A stretch of DNA of 34,048 nt from Catajapyx aquilonaris. Taxonomy: Eukaryota. The stretch spans positions 1 through 34,048 of the forward strand of contig JYFJ02004189.1 in the NCBI GenBank assembly GCA_000934665.2, written 5' to 3'. How positions within the stretch are numbered: position 1 is the stretch's first letter; each line of letters opens with the position of its first letter. Under the pieces are notes generated by a model. The model was not told where the DNA came from, ran no database searches, and saw nothing but the letters and a program-made list of their open reading frames with translations. Shown here one piece after another: positions 11,444 through 23,301 of the stretch. A program made the translations under genes and the position numbers.

Positions 11444-11886
11444 CAAGGGGGTAACCACTCGACTGGGTTCAGTGGGTCTTAACGTCGGCCTATTTCTGCA
11501 TCTAAGGCTCAACACCGACGCCAGGGGGTGGTCCTCCTCCTGGAAATTTGGCCACTCTGGGGATCTTTAACGTGCACTCGCGCACTGTCACAAGCACACG
11601 GGACCGACGGCTTTACTTCCCCTCCGAAGGAAGGCGCACTCTCACTTTTCTACCACCCGGAGAAAAGTCACCGATCTCGGCCGGGTTCGAACCCACAACC
11701 TTGGGACCAGAGGCGAGCGCCCTAACCACTAGTCCACCAAGGCCGGCTGGTAACCACTCGACTGAAAAGTGTAGGCTACTCTGGAGTACCAAATTCAAGG
11801 AGTACCAAAGAGTAAGGTACTAAGGAGTACCTGGGAGTACCACTCGTAGATGTACACCGGAGTATACCGAAGTGGTTACCCCATTG
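11444..11886. mobile_element. hAT-type MITE (same family as 4530-4668, inverted) carrying a SINE insertion
   Basis: TIRs CAAGGGGGTAACCACT and AGTGGTTACCCCATTG. Degenerate 8-bp TSD GGTACATT / GGTAGGTT. GGAGTACC repeats at 11783-11841. Confidence 0.9.
11466..11748 (-). mobile_element. tRNA-derived SINE with Deu/Nin-domain-like core
   Basis: Minus strand A box TGGACTAGTGG and B box GGTTCGAACCC. Core CCTTCGGAGGGGAAGTAAAGCCGTCGGTCCC...GCACGTTAAAGATCCC resembles the Deu/Nin conserved domain. Perfect 16-bp TSD GGTAACCACTCGACTG at 11450-11465 and 11749-11764. Confidence 0.92.
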
Positions 11887-12888
11887 GGTAGGTTACATTC
11901 AGCAGCAGCTTTCGGAAACCTAGCTTGCACCTTATGGGCATACTGTAGTAGGCTATACTATACCTGCGATATTTGGGAAATATAGCCAGAACTTCACAAA
12001 TGTATAATTTTAGGAGGGTTTTTGGTTTATGAAGCCCCGAATGTGCAAGGTAACTCAAAATATACCGTTAAGTCATGAGAATTTCATGAGTTTTAAGACT
12101 AACAATTAAATATTTTCATTAAGTGCTGCTTCTCATAAACCTTGAATAACTGAAGATCGAAATGGTTATTGGGACTAATGCGGTGTTGCTTCGACCAATA
12201 CTGGTGATAAAAGGTCAGCAGTTTGAGACATATCAGTATGAATTCTTCTTTACTACAATATGCACTATACGAGTACGGTATAATATACGTACAAGGTACA
12301 ACTGTTTATATCAGAAACAACCAGTGCTGGTGTCAGCATTTGTTTGGTACAGAGATGGTTTAACCTGGTTTAACCCTGGAATGGAGCCGTACTTATAATC
12401 CACCTTATTAATGTGAGTCATTTTAAGAATAAAATGTACCCTTACTTCTAACTTCTATAGTTTCACCTGTAAGTTATTTGAGGCCTACTTGAAGTAAGAA
12501 AACCTCAAGTCTGACAAGGTTAATGAATAGTGCAATCAGACTGGCGTTGAGAGTGGAAAATGAGAAAAGTTAGATCAAGCCTGAAACTCTAGTACTGCAA
12601 TACATCAAAATTGATGCCCCAATTTGAGGCAGCAGGACTGGTAGAAACTTGGCAACGAAATCGTACAAAGCCCAACCCGTCATCTAGAGTGACAGATAGA
12701 TCTAAGCAGACATATCACTCCCAGCAAGTTTCTCTCGTCTCACGCACATAATTAGGCAGGTGGCCCAATAATGCAGGTCCAGTGTACATTTCAGTAATTA
12801 TGGTGAAGGCATAGTGTCTGGCTCCTTTTGGAGACAACGGAGGTATAGTTAAAGCACCGCATATTCAGGTTGAAGGCCCCGAGCTGGT

Positions 12889-13260
12889 TCAGAAAGCTTC
12901 AACCCGGTGTATTGTCAATAACATCTGGCTCCGTGCTAGAAAGCGACGGAATTGGATACATGCGAGATTGAATAGGGGGATTGGTGCGCTTGTGGCAGGT
13001 GCACAAAGTAAGGAGGATCTACTGCTATCAAATTCAAGGACCTTGTTTTGGATGAGATGCAGTGCCAACAAGAAGTGTTTGTTAGTAAGGGAGGGTGGTA
13101 CACAAGGGACTTTATTAATTTAAAAATGACTTGGATTATAGAAGAATCATTATGAGTAGGTTGAAAACCATGTAAATTGTGGGGATCTTATGTTCTAGTG
13201 TCTATTAAAAATTTTTAGAAACTGACCCAAGAACAAAGTGAAAAAAGTGTACACTTCCTG
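12889..13260 (-). pseudogene. Possible heavily decayed LINE ORF2 C-terminal fragment
   Basis: The peptide LHLIQNKVL...FRRFLA...IH loosely resembles the L..IQNK.LR / L..RR motifs after the RT domain; weak. Confidence 0.25.
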
Positions 13261-13451
13261 TTGGGCTAAAGGTCCATTGCGATAACCCAAGACGATATTC
13301 CCTTAGTTTATATTCGAGATTTTGGGTTAATTGGGAGGTAATAGTATGATAATAATTTTGGTGTTATTGTCCATGCGAATAATGGTGGACATCCCCAACC
13401 ACTCATGCAACATAGGTGGTTTAGAGTAAAAAACGATTTTGTATTTTACCA

Positions 13452-13744
13452 AATAATTCATACCCCGTTATCAGCCGGCGGCTCTTTAGGGGGGGAGTTC
13501 ATCCCAATTTTGCTTTGACTGGAACTCTTATAGCTTTCATTTTTACTTTGCTTTCTGGGATAGGATAGAGATGGAAGGAAGCGGCTGTGGCCTATAATTT
13601 AGGAAGCAATCCCGGAATTCTCCTGAGGAGGGGGGGCGTGGGAAACCACAGTAAACCACGGTTTAAGATTGCCGGCCCCGGGACTGGAACCCAGGACCTC
13701 CCGATTAGCAGTCGAACACCTTATCCACTCCACCAAACTGCTTC
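13452..13744 (-). mobile_element. Older, diverged copy of SINE family A
   Basis: Colinear with the reverse complement of 1048-1340 in both head (CCAGGACCTCCCGATTAGCAGTCG) and tail (ATACCCCGTTATCAGCC, CCCAATTTT, CTGGAACTCTT). Possible TSD TTACCA at 13446-13451 and 13745-13750. No microsatellite expansion. Confidence 0.9.
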
Positions 13745-14661
13745 TTACCATATCTGGTTACCATATATGGTGTATCTTACCATATCAAAATTTAACCTGC
13801 GATTATCTACAAAATACCGTATAGCCGAAATCACCAACAAACAATGCAGAAAAACTGGATTGGGGTAAGTGTGAGAAGAAGTAAAAACCTTTTGCGCCAC
13901 CCTGTAGGTTACAAACTCTCAAATGACTGCATTTTTATTAATCATCTCTATGTCGATTGATGTTAAGACAGAGCCACAAAAAAGTGCTAGTGTACGATAA
14001 TAGTAGTGACTATTTAAGGTCAGAGTGACAGTCAAACATCGCCATGGACCTCTTGAAAGAATTCTAAAATTTGCGACATTTCTGGAAGACCCTGCACTTA
14101 GAAAACTTTTGTTTCGGGCAAATTCAATAACAGGCAGTTAGACGACCACAACCACTACCCACTTCTATCGGTATATTGAAACTGGATAAATGCTCCCCCT
14201 GTTGCCAACGGAGTTGGGCACTGCATGGATGACGTTCCCCAGGAAGAGTCTCTACCAGGAACAAAATGAAACTCTATACGCCTTTTCTTTTATGAATCTC
14301 CAGCTCCTTTTGTACAGGAACAACCTATCACTCCATATACCGGAGCCGTGAGCGACATAGTGCAAATACCAGAGAGACGAGAGAACTTGCTGCATTTTCT
14401 TGATATGGAATATTCAAACCTGGATTCTTGATATACTTGTTCAAGCCTCTGTTTCACTTTACATGTATTTTCAGGTTACTGGCTTTTGAAAGAGAATTAT
14501 TAAAAAGGGAGGAAATGCATTTTAAAAAATTAATGCGAATTATAAATTTATTTACGACACGTGCAAAGTATGATGTAGTCAAATATTGCAAATCTTATTA
14601 TCGGTGTTAATTTACCTTCCTTACCCGATTTTCTCCTTTCAGCCTAATTAAATTATTTATA

Positions 14662-15230
14662 CACCGTGTAAATGAAATGAGTGTGCGTTTTATACAGAAC
14701 GATACAGTGATTCGAAAGAAACATTTTTTGCCGACACACTTGGTGCCACAGACGCGTCGCGTCGTTAAGTCAGAAAACGAGGGTTTGTCACGCGTCATAC
14801 AAACACGTCATAACCTTAGTAACTACGGTAATATCATTGTTACCATTCTACTACAACAATATTGTTCCATCAGATAATGCCGTCACAAACACGTCAACCA
14901 TAGTGTAGTAACCATAGTGACCACCACGGAACAACTGCTGCTGTCGTTGGTTACCATGGTGGTCACTATGGTTACCCCAGTTTGACGTATTTGTGACGTA
15001 ATTGTCTGATGGAACAATTGTTGTAGTAGAATGGTAACCATGATATTACCGTAGTTACTAAGGTTATGACGTGTTTGTATGACCCATGACAAGCCCTCGT
15101 TTTCTGACTTAACGACGCGCGACGCCTCTGGGGCACCAAGTGTATTGGGCGGGGGCGGGGGGGGGGGGATGTTTCTTTCGAATCACTATCATTTTGCATA
15201 AAACGCGCACTTTTTTTCATTTACAAGGTG
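14662..15230. mobile_element. Tc1/mariner-type palindromic MITE, 569 bp
   Basis: TA|CACCGTGTAAATGAAA and TTTCATTTACAAGGTG|TA. Arms of about 265 bp. The mirror ORFs share VIQTRHNLSNYGNI. Confidence 0.92.
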
Positions 15231-15605
15231 TATAACTTAATTTATAATTGGCTGCGAATACTGTAGCGATACACCTAACGATAGAACATAATTTCTTCCT
15301 ATTGCGCAATAAAGCATTCATTCGGTTAAAAACTTCGATAGTCCATTTCTTGTGAACTACTTTTAATATTCTCAAGAGCTACCTATTGAAACACTTTATC
15401 CTGACCCTGAAAGGCAACCCTTCGCTCTCTATTGTATGTTGGGAGGTAGAACCAGCAGGATAATAATTTTCAGGCAAAACCACAGGAAGACAATATGTTG
15501 AGATGTGCTCACCAGACTGTACAGTACTGTCCGACATGACATGAATTTATGCGTAAATGGTGATGTATTCATGTAGGTACTGCTCCAATCAATAGTAATG
15601 TGGTA

Positions 15606-16139
15606 CAGTTGTTTTTAAACTTTTTGCTGTCCCACCTCCCTTGGGAAAGATCTTATGACCGACACCTCCCCAGCGATGCCAGATCGTGGAATCGAGCGTA
15701 TGGTACCAACCGTCGAAAGTTATGGAACTTTTCCACAAAAAATATGGTACTTCCACAAAATGGCGTATTTAATGTTAATGAGATTAATAATTAAAATGTT
15801 ATATCCTGAGATAAAATAGTAAAAGTTGTCGTAAAGGGGTGGGAACAAGCTCGGCGCAGGCTAATGGGGGGGGGGGGNGGGGGGGGGGTGTTCAAGGTCA
15901 CACGAGCTTAGGTGAATGTAACTGACTGGGAGATTTGATAAAATTGGTAGCACTTTTTCATGGAAGTGGAATTATTACAGAGTAACATTGGACTTGACGA
16001 AATTATGGTATTTTTTGTGTACCATGGTACGAGCATTCTAGAATTTTGTGTACAAATGTGGATAAGACTATTTCTCGTTTTTGTGGCAACTCACACCTCC
16101 CCTGGGGAGGTGTAGTACCACACAGTTTAAGAACGCCTG
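15606..16139. mobile_element. Old hAT (Charlie/Buster-like) non-autonomous element
   Basis: Ends CAGTTGTTTTTAAACT and reverse-complement CAGGCGTTCTTAAACT match 13/16. Flanks ATGTGGTA / ATTTAGAA match 5/8. Subterminal CACCTCCC at both ends. Confidence 0.55.
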
Positions 16140-17525
16140 ATTTAGAAGACATTTTGCAGAAAATGCAGTGGATTATTTTGCCATTGTTTATTGCCATCTA
16201 CGTAGATTAATAAATAGAACCCCCCCCCCCAAACAGGCTATAATGACTGTGTCCTTAGAGATGATGATGATGGGAATTATTTATAGTATAGTGTTACCCC
16301 ACGCCACAAAGTGCCTTTCCTCTCCGCAAATACAGTTGTAGCATTCTTCCGGCTGATAATCGGCCTAAGTGGCAAGTGCAGAAGTGTGATATCCGCGTAT
16401 CATTTAAATTCCAAAGAGTCTTTCTTCTTTCTCACAAAAACTGCAGCAAGTCCCATAAACCCTTTAACCGCTACTTGCAACCGCAATCTTCCTGGTAATC
16501 ATATCTTCAACTCAATATACACTCAACTGCTTTCTTTCTAGAGCCTATTTGTCGCCCTTTGTTACTGGGCTCCTGAGCTACATTTTGCAACAAAATGACT
16601 CGAAAGAGACCAGGGGAAAGGCGTGGGCACGTCCTCTGATTCGCATTTTCTGTGTCAGCCGACGTCGTAAGCACGATATCATGCCTTTTTGCAGTCGTGA
16701 TAGCAACAGTGGCGCCTAATGTACGACATTACTTTGATCACCTTTTAAGCTCGCTTCTTCTGGGAAAAACCAGAACTCCATTGTGCTCTCTTCTAAGCTT
16801 ATAAATGCTAGGCAATGGATTCATATGTAAATGACATAGCCTCTGCTTGAAGCCATTGTCATCAAACATAGATTTGGTACATTATATGGCATCATGATCA
16901 TCACCATATATATCTGTGGAAAAACAATGAAACAGCAGGCAGGGCAAGTTATTTCACAGAGAATTATCATCAGATTAGTCATTTTCCATTTACTAATTTT
17001 ATACTGTGAATATTTACTAAAGATTGAGGGCCCAATCCTAGTGACGACAAAAGAATTATTATTTCGAATTTTACCTCCCTCATTATCCTAAAAAAACATG
17101 TCAGTGACTACACATCCTATTGCAACATTTCTCTCTTCGTATGGCAAAACAACATTCACAAAAGGATCCCACCCAGTATTAATGATTGTAATGCTCGTCT
17201 TTGGACAGATTACGCCGCTCTAATACATATATGAGCATTAACGTCCATTTGAGTCCATAAAGTGGAAAGAAGCAAAAAAGAGAGTTCAATCTGCAACGCA
17301 CGAGCAGCTAGCTTCTCATTCATGCAATCTGCCAAATTGAATATTAATTCTTCATTATGACAAAAATGGAGGATTTCAACAATATTTATACCTTAATATT
17401 GTAGCGCAGCAGTTGTAGGTTTGATAATGTTCCTGACGAGATACAATACGGATCAAATGATGATAATAAGCATCTGACAACATTTCCTCTTAGTCCCTTC
17501 ACGTCGCGTCGCAAGAACAGAGTAA

Positions 17526-17589
17526 AGGCCATTTCACAAAAAAAAAGTCGCGCGGCAAACGGCGCGACATTTTTTTTGTGAAATGGCCT
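17526..17589. mobile_element. Minimal PIF/Harbinger-type MITE, 64 bp
   Basis: TAA|AGGCCATTTCACAAAAAAAA...TTTTTTTTGTGAAATGGCCT|TAA: 3-bp TAA TSD and almost wholly palindromic. Confidence 0.8.
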
Positions 17590-17723
17590 TAACAGAATTT
17601 TCTAAGACTTGAAATTCATAATGCTNCCATTTCACAAAAAAAAAGTCGCGCCGTTTGCCGCGCGACATTTTTTTTGTGAAATGGCCTTAACAGAATTTTC
17701 TAAGACTTGAAATTCATAATGCT
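17529..17723 (+). repeat. 97-bp tandem duplicate joined by a single N (probable unmerged contig overlap)
   Basis: 17529-17625 equals 17627-17723 except for an inverted hairpin loop; N at 17626. Confidence 0.85.
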
Positions 17724-18831
17724 ATCCGAGTCACCCTTTGGTCGGGATTAAGTTAGGCATTGTGGAATATAACATATACTCATGGTTAATTCTGTCTGGT
17801 GGCCAAGTCAGTTTTCTCATCCAGTAATTAGAGCACGCCACAATTTTTTTTGAAAAGAACTCATCATACCTGGAGAGATTCTTTCGCAGTTTCGTTCGCT
17901 AGCTAAGGACTACCAACATGTAGCAGGGGAGTCCAAGATATTTTCAACCGATTCGGATGTAAACTCAATTAGAGAATTCATGGCACATATAACAGTGCAT
18001 TGTCTGTATTTAGTCTACGAGTCCAAATGAATGTGAGAATCAATCGCCACCTTCTTCAATGGAAATAAAAATTTTATCAGTCCCCATAAAAACCACACTC
18101 CCACAACACCACCTACCGATCAAACTTAGAAATCCGACTTCCCAGAATAGAATAAAGCCACAGTGATTAATGAAGACTCGTTAATGACATTTGTGCGTGA
18201 CAGGAAGCAGCGCCTCGGATGTGGCAAACGTAATTATAATTGAGTTGTTAAGGCTGGCAGAGGTTCCCGTCTCAAAGGTCGATGGAGCGGTTGCACTTCG
18301 GATGCCTCCTTTAACGACATGGCCATGCACTAGCTGTGTCATCCCCATAGCCCAGCTACTCTATGCCCCACGATTCCCTCCCTGGTCCTTTGTCTTTATG
18401 CTAAGCTACATCGAACTTAACTTCTTCCGCGCGGAAGTAGAAGGTCCCTCCGCTCTTCCTACTCGCCTCTCCATATGCTAATGCGCTCTATTCAATATGA
18501 TTGCAAGCTAGTTAGTAGAGAAGGCACGAGGATCTAGCTGGCGACGGAGTTGGGAGTTATCAGACTTTCGCCGCCATCTCCCCAATTTTGATGGAGTCTT
18601 AATGAGCCACTCAGTATGTGCAGCAATAATCAAATGGTGGCGGACCCCGAGTTACATTACAGATAAATCAAGTCGCTGGTGACAGTATAACATGTTCCGA
18701 CCTCTTCCTGCTGCCATGCAACCAAACTGGAGATTGCACACCTAGATCCACCCATTTTGGGAAAACCTGCTTAGTAACAGGTGAAATAGTAGGCCTGGCT
18801 GGCCTGCACTACTGGAAAGATTTCCTTGTAA

Positions 18832-18914
18832 TGTACCCCCACAAGCAGCGCCATATGTGGGAGTGGGTGACGCTTCCACCGCATCCCGCAAATGGCGCTG
18901 CTTGTGTGGGTACA
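18832..18914. repeat. 83-bp imperfect palindrome, possibly a tiny TA-flanked MITE (18836-18910)
   Basis: TGTACCCCCACAAGCAGCGCCATATGTGGGA pairs with TCCCGCAAATGGCGCTGCTTGTGTGGGTACA. Confidence 0.8.
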
Positions 18915-19589
18915 GTACGATGCCATAGTGTACAAGTCGTGGTACAAGCAGATACGACAGCAGGTTTATCCCCCAAAGAATTTGGCATCTGCTTCGACAT
19001 AAGGTGCGCACGCAGGTCTTCTCTAATCCCAACAAACCAATCGCAATCATTTACTCTCTGACACCAGCAGTGTATCAGCGCCTACGAAAAGTAAACACCA
19101 GTTGGAAACTCTCAAGCCTGATTACACACTGGACATAAGTTTTTGCTGGAGCTGGGAAAGGTCATGAACCCTCCGGCGTTAAGTCCCAAGGCGGATGGAA
19201 AAGGAGGAGTGCAGTAGTGGACCGACCTTTATCCTCAAGATATCCCATTGATTTCCGGGAGCAGGTTTGCCCTGAGCACACCACCAGTGGGATCATACTG
19301 GCCTTGTTAAACTGTCAACCCCCAAAAGCCCTGCACTCCTCAGTTCTACTTTGTACCAATAGGTGAAGAGTGGGTGGACTGGCGGGGGATGGGGGCGAAA
19401 GGGGTGGAAATCGATAGCTCATAACCTGTTGAGTAGATAGATGAGGTCTGTAGAAATTTAAAAGTCCTATGAGAGTAGAATAAGTCCACGTTTTGATTGA
19501 TATTCCGATATTTTCCAAACTGGACAGCTGACTGATGTCCATTTATAGTCAGATAATCGAAGTTGTCGCTGTCATAGCCAATATAGGCC

Positions 19590-19860
19590 TAATATAGGAA
19601 TGACATACAGCACATATTCAATGCGCTCGGACATATGTTCGAAACTGGGAACGTCGGACTAATGTAATTGACAAATTGCAAAAACGTTACCTCTTTCTGC
19701 TCCTACGGTTATGGCCTATGGTAGCAGATCCAGGAGGCAATTATTGCAGCAAATGTCGTTTTACTCCGAATGTCCAAACATTGACTCGGATTTAGTACAC
19801 AGTACCCGGATTTGAAAATTACACCTACTTGATCAGGGAAGACAAGAATCAGAGTATTTA
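19590..19860 (+). pseudogene. Possible decayed CR1/L2-like LINE ORF2 3' fragment
   Basis: Frame-shifted peptides IFNAL / IDKLQKRYL / RR..IIAANVVLL / NIDSDL occur in the order expected after the RT domain; weak. Confidence 0.3.
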
Positions 19861-21134
19861 GCTAATTAGGAGACGTGTATCCTGTGTAATTGATCCTTGT
19901 TATACAATGTAGTTCCGGGGTTGGCAAGTGGGAGTTTGCTGCAGCAAATTGCCTTTGATATTTCAAATCAAACTAGCTGGCTGCATAATTAGCCAAGCGA
20001 TCCCCCTCCCCCTCCCCCTCCCCCCTACGACTGTGGACAGAAACTGTGACCAAATTGAGCCTACAGAACTGGTAAACGATGTGGCTCTTTTACCAGAGGC
20101 ATCAGCAACAGCAAATTGGCAGACATTTTATTCGCTGGGCTTCATTTTTCCACCATTTGAGTCTACAAAGGGGGGAACCCCCCTTTTGCAAATGCGCTTC
20201 TGACAAACACTATACTGTGGAAATATTGGTACCCTTTTTCAAACTGACTTTAACTCTAGGGCCATCTGATTTACTCCCGCGCTACTTTTGAGATGATTGT
20301 TACTCATTGCGTGCCCCATTCTTGCAAATAAAAAATGCGGTCAGGCTGGTTCTTCTGAATAGCGGCTTGAACTATTGCGTCTCATAAGTCAAGCAGCATT
20401 CATGGACTGCGCCATTTGCGTAATAGCATTCAACTTGAGTAAAAACTGATGCTGCCGGGAGAGATTTGTAGGTAGGGGGGGGGGGATGCTGTTTTCTTAT
20501 CTATCCTGAGGCCATCATATTCTTGTCTAGGATTACTTGATTGCTGAGAAGGAATGATATGTGGGGATGCCATGTAGTTTGCCAGTTTCAGTGTAATTCT
20601 CATAGTTAACTTGCCACAGTGACGGAAAAGAAGGGAAGGCACGAGATTCGCTTCGGGTCATAAACCTTGTCGAAACAAGTTGAAACTTAGCCGACTGATT
20701 GGGAACCGGGTTCACTTAGCAACCGCTGGCATATAGCTAGCAGAAAGATTGACTAATGGAGTTGAAGGGTCTCTTTTCCAGCCTATCGCTTTCGTCCATT
20801 CTGTTCTCCCTCCCATTGCCTGCTCGCAATGGCGGAGGAGTTTCCTAGCGATCTTTTGCCGTAAAATATGATTTTTCAATATTTCAAGAGATATGCCCGG
20901 GTGTGAGGCATGAGAGCCTCATTGTAAATCAATAATATGGGAAGGAAACGCCATCTTAAAGCAATTACGGCCACCAAATTTGGGTGATTGTGGCACATTA
21001 GCAGGTGTTTAACGATTCAAGTTGAGCGAAAATTGATCCAAGAAACAGTCGAATCATGTCTGATCCCGCTCTTCAAGAGATGATCAATTTTTTTATTTGC
21101 ATTTTCTAGTTTCGTGAAGATTAGCAAGTGAACT

Positions 21135-21500
21135 CGGTGAGCCCTCTTTATCCGCGGATAACTGGTTCCAAGCCCCCCGCGGATAAGTGAAATCGGCGGA
21201 TAATACAGAACCGTATATATTTTTAAACATACTTACCATTGGCCGAGTTTAATATTTACGAATTGTGACCGTTTGGACAACAACAAAAACAATCTCTATT
21301 AATTATAAAAAGGCAAAGTGGGCAAAGTTTGTACGTTTCTCCAGGTTTGGTTACACGGAAACCTTTAGCAATAAAATAGGGTACCATAATTATAACAATA
21401 CTGCAGAGTACGGTACTGTAAAAATAGGAGTTTGATTTATTTTCATTTAATGCTTTTATTTATTTCACATTGTCAAACTGCGTATAAAGGCGACTCACTC
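21135..21500. mobile_element. Old pogo/Tigger-like MITE
   Basis: Left end CGGTGAGCCCTCTTTATCCGCGGATAACTGGTTCCAAGCCCCCCGCGGATAAGTGAAATCGGCGGATAA resembles MER2/Tigger ends with repeated GCGGATAA. Degenerate right TIR GCGTATAAAGGCGACTCACT. Confidence 0.6.
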
Positions 21501-22121
21501 TTTATCTGTGGATCACACTCACATGCAGTATTGCAGTTGGAAAATCGCAACAGGCACGCTTGAGTCTTCAAAAGGCATTGCTCACTTTAAAGTTACAAAA
21601 ACTGCATTGTTTCCTCAAAAATAGGATGATATGTAGGTGGTAGCAAAATAGTTCGTGACTCTCTGTGAGTTACATCCCTACTTGTTGCGCGCTCACGCAG
21701 GAAGGGAAATACGTGCCATAACTATCAAGCATTCCAGGATGATGGACGTTGAAGTGACATCTCCCATACTGCATCCGGAAAACGCGAGACATTTCCTGAG
21801 AAAGTTTGGGGCAAGAATGCTCCGTAAATAACGCAGTTAGCTGAGCACTCCCAGATTCCATGGGAATAGACGGGTCTAAGCTGTTGCCGACTTCTCTCCC
21901 TGCCACATTACAAGCCCATTCTGCTCTTATTGTCTCTCACGTCTTTCCACCAAATGGCAAGGGCTTGCCCTAATGGATTTACTCTGCCAACCTGGTTTAC
22001 CCGAGAAAAAAAGGCCAATAAATACGCCTTCATATCTTCGTCCACTTGAGCAGGTTTTCCTTTTTTTCCAAATGGCAACTGAGAAAACCTCCCACTTGTG
22101 CTAGCCTGCTGTGATTCCTAA

Positions 22122-22123
<2 letters not shown>

Positions 22124-22190
<67 letters not shown>

Positions 22191-22206
22191 AATTATTATT
22201 ATTATT
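22124..22206 (+). repeat. (TTA)n microsatellite with one interruption, probably the tail of a short truncated retroelement (about 22035-22123)
   Basis: Run seen directly. The upstream AACTGAGAAAACCTCCC...TAAATTTATT loosely parallels the family A tail. Confidence 0.9.
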
Positions 22207-22407
22207 CATGCATGAGGAGAAATGTTGGATTGCGCATAAAACTCTCGGCTTTTGATGGAGAGTATACTTGTGAACACATAACACAGACCGAAGAATATAT
22301 TTTAATTTATTTCATTGTTAAATTTGTTGCCCATATAAACAGATAAAAACAAAACTCATATAATTATTTTCCTTATTTTGTTCTTGTTCCTCGTTGATCA
22401 ATGTAAT

Positions 22408-22837
22408 TTACTTATTTATTTTATTTATTTGGGATCCCCCTTGAGACCCATTGGCCAATGCAGGGGGAGGAGATCGCCTCCATTTTTCTAGACTTTTTTC
22501 AATCACACCGGTGCAGGGACAGGGAAGGGACATGGAGGGAGGAACAAGGTGCAGTGCATTGTCCTGTGGTGGGGGCCGTGTGCAGTCCCTCAGGGGGCCA
22601 AGCTTTAGACACCCCCCTAGGCGCGGCGCGGAAGCCCCCCACCGAACACCGCGCCTCCTCCAGGGAAAGGAAGGAAGCGGCTGTGGCCTATATAACGGTA
22701 CGGTCCCGGGATTTCCCTGGGGTGACCTTGGAAAACCACAGAAAACCAAGGTCAGGACCGCCGGCCTCCGGGACTCGAACCCAGGACCTCCCGATTAGCA
22801 GTCGGACACCATATCCACTACACCACTACTGCTTCGG
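22408..22837 (-). mobile_element. Composite SINE (family B): family A head and core with a different body and tail
   Basis: 22660-22837 matches the reverse complement of 1048-1226; 22408-22660 does not, apart from a short CCGG..TGA..AAAAATGG motif. (AAAT)n-like tail. Perfect 17-bp TSD TCGTTGATCAATGTAAT at 22391-22407 and 22838-22854. Confidence 0.95.
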
Positions 22838-22936
22838 TCGTTGATCAATGTAATGGCGTTTTCATTTTCCTGACGCATTATTATTATTTATTAGGATGCA
22901 ATCATCCATATTCTCATAGTGTATTTTTCTGCTATT

Positions 22937-23301
22937 TTTTATTTTTTTATTTTGTTATTTTTTTTAAATACCCCGCGATGACCCTTACGGGTTCTAAGGG
23001 GAGTGGTACACCACCATTTTTTTATCAATTTTCTGATTTATCTTCACTCCGGCGCAGGGAAAGAAGGACATGGGTAAGGATAGGGATTTTTGTGGAGGGA
23101 ACATTGGTGCAAGTGCATTGTCTTAAAAGGGGCCATGTGCTGTTCTCTTGGAGGTTATTAGGTTGCCAGACACCTCCTCGGTGCAGGTCAGAGACCATCC
23201 TGAAGCAGGTGAAAGGGAACTCCCAGGCGGGGATCGAACCTGGGACCTTTCACTCAGCAAGCCAAGACGTTACCATCTCGGCCACCACACCTCCCCTTTA
23301 A
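22937..23301 (-). mobile_element. tRNA-derived SINE (family C) with a distinct head but a 3' body shared with family B
   Basis: Minus strand A box TGGCCGAGATGG and B box GGTTCGATCCC. A-rich tail. Candidate TSD CTGCTATT at 22929-22936 and 23302-23309. 23044-23122 is homologous to 22503-22563. Confidence 0.88.

Noticed and set aside
11783..11841. CRISPR-like short repeats (GGAGTACC)
   Set aside because: 8-bp degenerate units with irregular short spacing inside a MITE; eukaryotic context and no cas genes.
12145..12172. Penelope-type minimal hammerhead (CTGAAGA-TC-GAAA)
   Set aside because: Stem II is absent and stems I and III are not convincing; at best a dead remnant.
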